A DNA stretch of 64,000 nucleotides, from contig JAWOFX010000088.1 of the NCBI GenBank assembly GCA_046497275.1, positions 64,670 to 128,669 of the forward strand. Reading direction: 5' to 3'. Positions 57,661 through 64,000 of this stretch are shown here, piece after piece. The first letter of the stretch is position 1, and the number at the start of each line of letters is the position of its first letter. This DNA is from Promethearchaeia archaeon. GTDB taxonomy: Archaea; Asgardarchaeota; Lokiarchaeia; Sigyniarchaeales; SOKP01. The translations under genes and the position numbers were made by a program. Below the pieces are notes generated by a model that did no database searches, had not been told where the DNA came from, and was given only the letters and a program-made list of their open reading frames with translations.

Positions 57661-58911
57661 ATGAAAATAAATAATTCTCAGATAAAATCTAGTAAGCTCA
57701 AGGTTCTAGAAGAAGGAAAGGCTAAGTTTTTTCTTTTCAATAAAGATGTTGATTCTATACCTACTAAATCAATGGATGTTTTTTTTAATAAAAAGATGGA
57801 AATCAACCGAGATATAACAAAATTAGCTGTGGATGCTTATTGCGAACTTTATGATGAGAACGATTTAACTATTGTAGATTCAATGGCAGGATCTGGAATT
57901 GGCTCAATTCGACTATTGAAAGAATCTAAAAATATAAAAAAGATATATATTAATGATATCAACCCAGTAGCAGAAGAATTAATCATAAAAAATCTTGATT
58001 TGAATAACTTGCTTAAAGGTGACAGAGAAATAATCGTCTCAAGAAAAGAGGCAAATTTTTTATTCAGTGAAATTACAGAAAATTATCTAACAAACATTCC
58101 TTCTAATCAAGAAAAACCGCATATCATTTCTATTGATCCATTTGGAACGCCTAATCTCTATACAGACGGAGCATTTAAGGCTATTAAAAAACAAAATGGA
58201 TTATTATGCATAACAGCAACAGACACTGCTGTTCTTTTTGGAGTAAAACCTAACGCATGTCGTAGAAAATATATGGCAAAGCCTTTGCATAATGAGTTTT
58301 GTAAAGAAACAGGTGCACGAATTTTATTATATTTTATTTCTCGTATCGCAAATATTAATGGTTTAGGGATTAAGCCCTTACTTACCTTTTATCATAGCCA
58401 TTTTATTAGAATATTTGTAACTACAATTTCAAGTAAAAAGACAATTGCAAAACAATTAGATAATTATGGGTATATAATCTATTGCAATGAATGTGGTAAT
58501 CGATTCATTTTGAAAGATAATCCAATACACGACAGAGTTAAATGTGGATTATGTGGAGAGAAATCTGACTTAGATTACGCAGGACCTATATGGGTGGAAA
58601 ATATTCATGATTATGATTTCCTTAGCAAAATTGGATCCTTAAATAAAAAATCTAAAATAAAAAATAGAGATAAATTGAATCGTATATTAGAATTTTGTAA
58701 AGAAGAATATGAAATGCCAATCTCCTATTATGACATTCATAGGTTATGTAAACAAATTAAATCCTCCCATGTTCCAACAATGGAGCATCTCTTAAAAGAT
58801 TTGAATAATAATAATTATAAAGCCTCAAGAACTCATTTTAGCTTTACTTCAATAAAGACGGATGCAAATATTAATTCTATTAAAAAAATTATATTAAATT
58901 TGGATAAGTAG
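57661..58911 (+). CDS. trm1: tRNA (guanine26-N2)-dimethyltransferase
   Basis: FFNKKMEINRD, DSMAGSGIGSIR and IDPFGTPNLY motifs, plus the C-terminal CNECG..CGLCG zinc motif. Confidence 0.85.
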   Translation: MKINNSQIKSSKLKVLEEGKAKFFLFNKDVDSIPTKSMDVFFNKKMEINRDITKLAVDAYCELYDENDLTIVDSMAGSGIGSIRLLKESKNIKKIYINDINPVAEELIIKNLDLNNLLKGDREIIVSRKEANFLFSEITENYLTNIPSNQEKPHIISIDPFGTPNLYTDGAFKAIKKQNGLLCITATDTAVLFGVKPNACRRKYMAKPLHNEFCKETGARILLYFISRIANINGLGIKPLLTFYHSHFIRIFVTTISSKKTIAKQLDNYGYIIYCNECGNRFILKDNPIHDRVKCGLCGEKSDLDYAGPIWVENIHDYDFLSKIGSLNKKSKIKNRDKLNRILEFCKEEYEMPISYYDIHRLCKQIKSSHVPTMEHLLKDLNNNNYKASRTHFSFTSIKTDANINSIKKIILNLDK

Positions 58912-58920
58912 GTAGATGAA

Positions 58921-59559
58921 ATGACTTCAGATGATTCCCATCGTCATAAACGAGATAAACATTATAAAAAAGCCAAAAAAGAAGGATATAGAGCACGTTC
59001 AGCATATAAACTTATAGATATTCAGAACAAATTTAATATTTTTAAACGGGCATTTTATATTTTAGATATTGGTAGTGCCCCTGGTTCTTGGCTTCAAGTA
59101 GCAAGAAAATATGCTGAAGAAAATATAGAAAAATATCGAGACAAATATTATCATCGAAATGAATATAGAATACTTGGGGTAGATATTAATAAAGTCTCTC
59201 CAATTGAGAATGTAGAAACGATTAAATTAGATGCAACCAAACCCGAATTTAAGGATAAAATTATATCTTATTTCGGCGACAAATTAGATTTGCTCTTATC
59301 CGATGCGTCAATTAATAAATCTGGCAACAAATTTGCCGATCATGTCAAACAAATACGTTTATGCTATCACATTCTTGATCTTGGTAAAGAATTCTTAAAA
59401 TATAAGGGAAATATGGTAATTAAGTGTTTTCAAGGCACTGATTTTAAGGATTTTTATGATAATTTTAAAAAAGAATTTAAGTTTGGAAAAGCCTATAAAC
59501 CAAAAGCATCCAAAAAAAAAAGTAATGAAATTTACCTTATAGGAATAGACAAGATTTAA
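58921..59559 (+). CDS. rlmE: 23S rRNA U2552 2'-O-ribose methyltransferase (FtsJ/RlmE)
   Basis: YRARSAYKLIDIQNKFNIF, LDIGSAPGSWLQV, LSDAS and VIKCFQG motifs. Confidence 0.85.
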   Translation: MTSDDSHRHKRDKHYKKAKKEGYRARSAYKLIDIQNKFNIFKRAFYILDIGSAPGSWLQVARKYAEENIEKYRDKYYHRNEYRILGVDINKVSPIENVETIKLDATKPEFKDKIISYFGDKLDLLLSDASINKSGNKFADHVKQIRLCYHILDLGKEFLKYKGNMVIKCFQGTDFKDFYDNFKKEFKFGKAYKPKASKKKSNEIYLIGIDKI

Positions 59560-59561
59560 TT

Positions 59562-60185
59562 TTATTGTTCCTCATATAAATTATCTCGATATTCTTCAAA
59601 ATCTACTGTATATTCTTCACCCTTTAAAGACATTTTTATCCATTCAGTAAGCCATGGGCAATGGTGGGGATTATAAATATCAGGATTATCATCTGAACAT
59701 TGTTCAATGAATGGACATATAAAACAAGGCTGTCTGCTAAATTTATCCCAAATCCAATCTTGTTTACTTTTATCTATTTTAATTTCTTCTGATTCTAATC
59801 CCTCGTCATCTAATTCCTTTATTGCAAAGATATGCTTACTCCAACTTGCGTCGATCAATTCTCTCTTAACTTTAATTTTCGATTGTAATGCAAGAATATC
59901 AACAATCTCATCTAACTTATTCCTTTCTATTTCTGTTTTTTCTACTAATTCATTGAATAAAAGATCTTCTTCCCTATTAATAATTTCAAGAACTTCTTTC
60001 TCTTGTTTCTTTAAACTGCGTGTTAGATCCTTGCGCCGTTCTTCAATCCGCTCAATTCGTCTCTCTGTAGTTGTTTTTTCCTCCTCTTGACTTTCCATTC
60101 GTTCTTTTACTTTACATTTATGACGGCTTAAATACACAAACCATTTCCCACAGTAAGGACATTGTTCTTTTTTCTTTTTAGCCAT
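59562..60185 (-). CDS. TFE-beta / RPC34 (RPC39)-like protein with winged helix and C-terminal four-Cys (Fe-S type) domain
   Basis: The C-terminal PCFICPFIEQCSDDNPDIYNPHHCPWLTEWI matches the C..CP....C......I.P..C.....W pattern of RPC34/TFE-beta cubane domains. A central winged-helix-like segment is present. An extra N-terminal CPYC..HKC zinc knuckle and a charged coiled region precede it. Confidence 0.55.
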   Translation of the reverse strand: MAKKKKEQCPYCGKWFVYLSRHKCKVKERMESQEEEKTTTERRIERIEERRKDLTRSLKKQEKEVLEIINREEDLLFNELVEKTEIERNKLDEIVDILALQSKIKVKRELIDASWSKHIFAIKELDDEGLESEEIKIDKSKQDWIWDKFSRQPCFICPFIEQCSDDNPDIYNPHHCPWLTEWIKMSLKGEEYTVDFEEYRDNLYEEQ

Positions 60186-60437
60186 ATGATAATCGCCTTG
60201 ATATTAATCCGTTAAATTACATTTCGAAGAATAGTTATTAAAAATCTTGTTCATGTTTATAAAATTAGTATTTTAGGATTATTCAAAATATCTTTTTAAA
60301 TTTTAATAATAAAACACATATATACTATAATTTTATCTTTATGATTAATTAAAAATTAATTTTTTGTTTTTATAATTATTAATATCTATTTAGATTAGAA
60401 ATTACCAATAATTAAATATTATCAGCACACGTCAAGG

Positions 60438-61253
60438 ATGGATCTTTCTAAATTTTTAAATATTGAAAATACTCAGATTATCGATTTGGAAAAAAAATTT
60501 AAGCAATATAAGTCTCAAAAACAACATATCACTCTCCCTTTAGGAGCAAAAAATTTTGACTTAATATTAGAAGGAGGATTCCGTTCTGGAAATATATATC
60601 TGGTATTTGGGGGTGCACGAACTGGGAAAACACAACTTTGCCATCAAATTTGTGTACAAGCTTATAAAAAATTATCTCATGATAAGAACTCTAAAGTTTA
60701 TGAGTATATTATTTATTTTGATACAGAAAATACGTTTCGACCTGAAAGAATTAAAGAATTATCTGAATTGACTAAAATTTCCTATACTAATGTTTTAGAA
60801 TCTATATTAGTATCTAATATACTTAGCAACTCTGCATTGTTAATGAAGATGAATGATTTCGAAGAAACTTTAAAAGAAAAATCCATAAAAGTTCTTATAA
60901 TCGATACAATTAATAATCATTATAGATCCGAGAAAAGTTCCAATGAATTCTCCTTTAATAAAACAAAAGCAGAATTTACAAAAATATTGGAAAAAATCAG
61001 AAGTTTAACACTCAAATACAACCTTATTACTGTTTTAACTGCTCAAATTGCATCTAATTTTATAGAATCTTCAATAATTAGCGAATATCCTGTAGGATTA
61101 CAATATTTAAATCATTATTTCTCGGAGGAATTATATTTAAAGCATAGAGAAGAGAAAAAATGTTATGCTCATCTCGTTAATTCTCATATTCTTCCAGAAC
61201 GGAAAATTCTCTATAAGATTACCAAAAAAGGAATTACCGACTTTAAACTTTGA
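60438..61253 (+). CDS. RadA/Rad51-family recombinase paralog lacking the N-terminal HhH domain
   Basis: GGFRSGNIYLVFGGARTGKTQLCHQICVQA (Walker A), YFDTENTFRPERIKEL and VLIIDTINNHYR (Walker B). 271 aa. Confidence 0.7.
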   Translation: MDLSKFLNIENTQIIDLEKKFKQYKSQKQHITLPLGAKNFDLILEGGFRSGNIYLVFGGARTGKTQLCHQICVQAYKKLSHDKNSKVYEYIIYFDTENTFRPERIKELSELTKISYTNVLESILVSNILSNSALLMKMNDFEETLKEKSIKVLIIDTINNHYRSEKSSNEFSFNKTKAEFTKILEKIRSLTLKYNLITVLTAQIASNFIESSIISEYPVGLQYLNHYFSEELYLKHREEKKCYAHLVNSHILPERKILYKITKKGITDFKL

Positions 61254-61257
61254 ATCA

Positions 61258-62088
61258 TTAAACCAGCTTATTTTCAAATTCTTTGAAGGAAATATACTTA
61301 AATTGCTTACTATCAGAGTTTGATAGAGAATTCACGAAATAGACGTCATTATCCATTTGATCTACTAACTCTTCGATTAATTTTTTAGCGTAGATAAGTT
61401 TCTTTCTTTTAATCTCATTCGCTTTTCTATTTCTAATAAATTCTGGTTTTGAATATTTTCCTACAATTTTATTAAAATCCATACCAATGAAGAAAATTTT
61501 TTGATTTGAGAGAATGAGATTTCGAATAAAATATAATATTCTATCTCCATCAGTAAACCCTCCTGGATTTAAAATCGGTCCCTTGGGTTTTACTTGTGTT
61601 GTTCCAATAACATTCTCCTTCTTAATTATCTCTTTTTCGAATTGTTTTACTTTATCAATATTGTCACCGTGCCCATGAACTATAACAAACTTCGCATATT
61701 CAAATTCCGCTTTAGTTATGCCATCAAGATCCGTAAAAAGACCGTGAATTGGTATATTCATTTCCTTCAATAAGACTGATGCTCCATCCGCAGCTAAATG
61801 AACAAGATTCGCAAAATAGGACTTTTTTCTATTATCAAATAATCTGTTTACTGTCTCTTCTAAACTTGGGCCGCAGCCGTATATTAGAATATTGGAATAA
61901 TTCTGAATATCTGTTCGAAAGTTGGCAAGTATTTTCTCAACCGTCCATTCTACGTTTTTTTCCTTGAAAATATTTAATAAAATATCTCTTGCTTTCCTGT
62001 CCATCTCTCGATTAAATTGAAAATCCCTAAGAATTCTTTCATAAATAGTTTTAAAATCCTCATATCTGTCAAGTATTTTCTTATTCAT
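61258..62088 (-). CDS. MptE-like (DUF115) 6-hydroxymethylpterin diphosphokinase family protein
   Basis: IYGCGPSLEE, LAADGASVLL, LFTDLDG and VHGHGDN motifs. Confidence 0.55.
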   Translation of the reverse strand: MNKKILDRYEDFKTIYERILRDFQFNREMDRKARDILLNIFKEKNVEWTVEKILANFRTDIQNYSNILIYGCGPSLEETVNRLFDNRKKSYFANLVHLAADGASVLLKEMNIPIHGLFTDLDGITKAEFEYAKFVIVHGHGDNIDKVKQFEKEIIKKENVIGTTQVKPKGPILNPGGFTDGDRILYFIRNLILSNQKIFFIGMDFNKIVGKYSKPEFIRNRKANEIKRKKLIYAKKLIEELVDQMDNDVYFVNSLSNSDSKQFKYISFKEFENKLV

Positions 62089-62403
62089 TTCACTTAAACC
62101 TCAAACATCCGAAAGAAAAGATAAAAGGACTTCAAGAATATAAATTATAATTTTTTTCTTTTTTCTATTTCAAAAATATTAGTTGATTTATCAATATTCG
62201 TGTAGTTATAATGCCTATCACAAACCATAATTACGAAGAAGAACCAGTTCATTATGATTCTCACCAATCTAATGAAGAAAAGAAGAAGTTAAAAATTCGG
62301 TTTTATAAAATTTTTTCCAAATTTTTATATTTTTTCTAAAATTACTCTGAATTGTCATTAAAATTGAATTCAATTTTTCAATAATATAAAAGAGTTGTAA
62401 TAA

Positions 62404-62823
62404 ATGTCAGAAGTAAAAGATGGCTTATATTATACGAAGTCACACCAATGGTTCAATCCCCAAAACCACGCAGTTGGGATAACTGCTTACGCAGCCGAGC
62501 AATTAGGTGAGATATCTTTCGTTGATGTTGACCCTATTCAAGGTGAGGAAGTTTCCCAAGTCGAATTTGATGGTGATGAACCAGCTAGCGATCCCTTAGA
62601 TGCTACAGTAGAATCTAGCAAAGCAGTTGGAGACATTTACAGTCCTGTTTCTGGAACTGTTTCAGAAACTAATGGAGATTTATTAGATTATCCAGAGAGA
62701 GTAAATGAAGACCCTTACGGAGAAGGATGGCTTTTCAAAGTAGATCCTTCCAATTGGGATGCAGAAAAAGGAAATTTAATGGATGCAGGCGCATACAAAG
62801 AATTTATTGCTGGATTAGAATAA
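62404..62823 (+). CDS. gcvH: Glycine cleavage system H protein (lipoyl carrier)
   Basis: YYTKSHQW, GITAYAAEQLGEI, VESSKAVGDIYSPVSGTV (lipoyl-Lys) and PYGEGWLFKV motifs. Confidence 0.85.
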   Translation: MSEVKDGLYYTKSHQWFNPQNHAVGITAYAAEQLGEISFVDVDPIQGEEVSQVEFDGDEPASDPLDATVESSKAVGDIYSPVSGTVSETNGDLLDYPERVNEDPYGEGWLFKVDPSNWDAEKGNLMDAGAYKEFIAGLE

Positions 62824-62875
62824 GAGTTTAAGTTATAACATAATTACTTTCTTTTTTTTTATTTTAAAACATCCT

Positions 62876-64000
62876 ATGAACGATTCAAATAAATTTAAAT
62901 TAGGCTTAATTGTTAATCCAATAGCAGGTATGGGTGGTTCCGTAGGACTTAAGGGAACAGATGGAAGGGAGATATTGGAAAAAGCAATTTCTCTTGGAGC
63001 TCAACCGAATGCTTTAAATAGAACTAAAGAATTATTAGAGCAGCTAAAGTCCGTAAGATCTAAATTACATTTCATAACGTGTCCAAAATATATGGGAGAA
63101 TTTGCTTTAAAGGAATATGGCTTTAAATATAGAGTGCTTGAAGATCCGATCTTTGAGAATTACGGAGATATATATGATACAACACAAAAACATACAAAGA
63201 AAGCTGCTGAAATCTTAAAAAATATTGAGGATATTAAATTAATTATATTTGTGGGAGGAGATGGCACTGCTCGCGGTATACAGAACGTTGTTGGTACCAC
63301 CATACCAAGCGTGGGAGTACCTGCTGGGGTGAAAATTTATTCAAGCGTATTTGCTATGAATCCACGTGTCGCCTCTAATTTAATACTTCGTTTTTTATGG
63401 GATGAAATTCCTCTTAAACAAGCAGAAGTATTAGATATTGATGAGGAGAAGTTTCGAGATGGAAAATTAGTATCCCAACTTCATGGATATCTCTTAGTTC
63501 CCTATGCCCCCGATTTTTCACAGTGCTCAAAAATGGGGAGTCCAGACTCAGATTTAGACAATCAAGAGAGAATCGCGAAAAGAATCGTTGAAAATCTCGA
63601 AGAAGATATGAATTATCTTATCGGGCCTGGAACTACTACAAAAGCTATCACTGATATCTTAAACCAAGAGAAAACGATACTTGGGGTGGATTTACTGAGA
63701 AATAAAGAAATTATTGCAAAGGATTTAAACGAGGAAGAAATACTCAATATAATTGACGATGATGAGACAAAAATAATTATTTCACCAATCGGAAGGCAAG
63801 GCTTTATACTAGGGAGAGGTAATTTACAATTTTCTCCCGCTGTGATTAAGAAAGTGGGCATTCAAAATATCATCATTATTTCAACCAAATATAAACTACA
63901 TACCATTACAAACCAGATTCTAAGAACTGATATCAGAGATTTAGAATTAGATGACAAAATAAGAGGATTATATAAAGTAATTATTGATTACGATGAGATT
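62876..64000 (+). CDS. ATP-NAD kinase-like protein (COG3199-type), 3'-partial
   Basis: My own translation from ATG 62876 is stop-free to the window end. It gives LGLIVNPIAGMGGSVGLKGTDG, IIFVGGDGTARGI and VPAGVKIYSS (GGDGT kinase motif). It is absent from the ORF track because no stop lies inside the window. Confidence 0.7.
   Translation, partial: MNDSNKFKLGLIVNPIAGMGGSVGLKGTDGREILEKAISLGAQPNALNRTKELLEQLKSVRSKLHFITCPKYMGEFALKEYGFKYRVLEDPIFENYGDIYDTTQKHTKKAAEILKNIEDIKLIIFVGGDGTARGIQNVVGTTIPSVGVPAGVKIYSSVFAMNPRVASNLILRFLWDEIPLKQAEVLDIDEEKFRDGKLVSQLHGYLLVPYAPDFSQCSKMGSPDSDLDNQERIAKRIVENLEEDMNYLIGPGTTTKAITDILNQEKTILGVDLLRNKEIIAKDLNEEEILNIIDDDETKIIISPIGRQGFILGRGNLQFSPAVIKKVGIQNIIIISTKYKLHTITNQILRTDIRDLELDDKIRGLYKVIIDYDEI

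Noticed and set aside
59707-60090. 127-aa Ser/Leu/Ile-rich plus-strand ORF
   Set aside because: It is the mirror frame of the Glu/Lys/Arg-rich TFE-beta-like gene. Its Ser-rich composition is what the antisense of GAA/AAG-rich coding sequence produces.
63613-63861. 82-aa minus-strand ORF
   Set aside because: It lies antisense within the stop-free NAD-kinase-like frame that carries the GGDGT motif.
1-64000. Search for CRISPR arrays, cas genes, transposases, integrases, toxin-antitoxin pairs, restriction-modification or other known defence systems, and rRNA genes
   Set aside because: I saw no regularly spaced direct repeats, no terminal inverted repeats flanking a transposase-like ORF and no recombinase motifs. 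Apart from the tRNA, no GC-rich structured-RNA islands were seen. The window looks like core chromosome, not a mobile or defence island.

Overview
AT-rich (about 30% GC by eye), densely coding archaeal chromosomal segment of about 55 genes. I found no rRNA, CRISPR array, transposase, integrase or prophage signature. There is one intron-containing tRNA-Gln. Several genes together suggest an Asgard (Loki/Prometheoarchaeum-like) genome, which is an inference: a ribophorin-I/OST1-like protein, a Roadblock/LC7 protein, V4R (TRAPP/Bet3-related) proteins, a Trm112-like protein with a eukaryote-style insertion, a TFE-beta/RPC34-like protein, Sec61-beta, archaeal-type LeuRS, Trm1 and MetAP2. Main blocks: (1) 2.3-13.9 kb holds a seven-gene MoxR / DUF58 / DUF4350-like / DUF4129-like / transglutaminase-like module. 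Its extracellular components are giant, sequon-rich repeat proteins, and its transglutaminase core has lost the catalytic Cys and His. (2) 13.9-19.3 kb is a minus-strand operon joining F420 maturation (cofD and a cofE-nitroreductase fusion) with lipoylation (two radical-SAM LipS-type genes and lplA). (3) 29.1-31.1 kb is a translationally coupled pair of V4R-domain proteins. (4) 35.3-37.9 kb is a Roadblock/LC7 gene followed by an unrecognisable 721-aa helical zinc-ribbon protein. (5) 42.3-53 kb is a glycosylation-flavoured island: ribophorin-I-like, DUF354, Alg7/AglH-type GlcNAc-1-P transferase, M48 protease fusion, DPPR-synthase-like UbiA plus PHP phosphoesterase, and DUF362. (6) 54.7-61.3 kb carries information-processing genes: two RecA-family paralogs, an RNase-H-fold protein, Trm1, RlmE and TFE-beta-like. 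Bacterial/eukaryal-type TIM and class I FBPase are also present. All functional calls rest on motifs read by eye and need profile searches to confirm.
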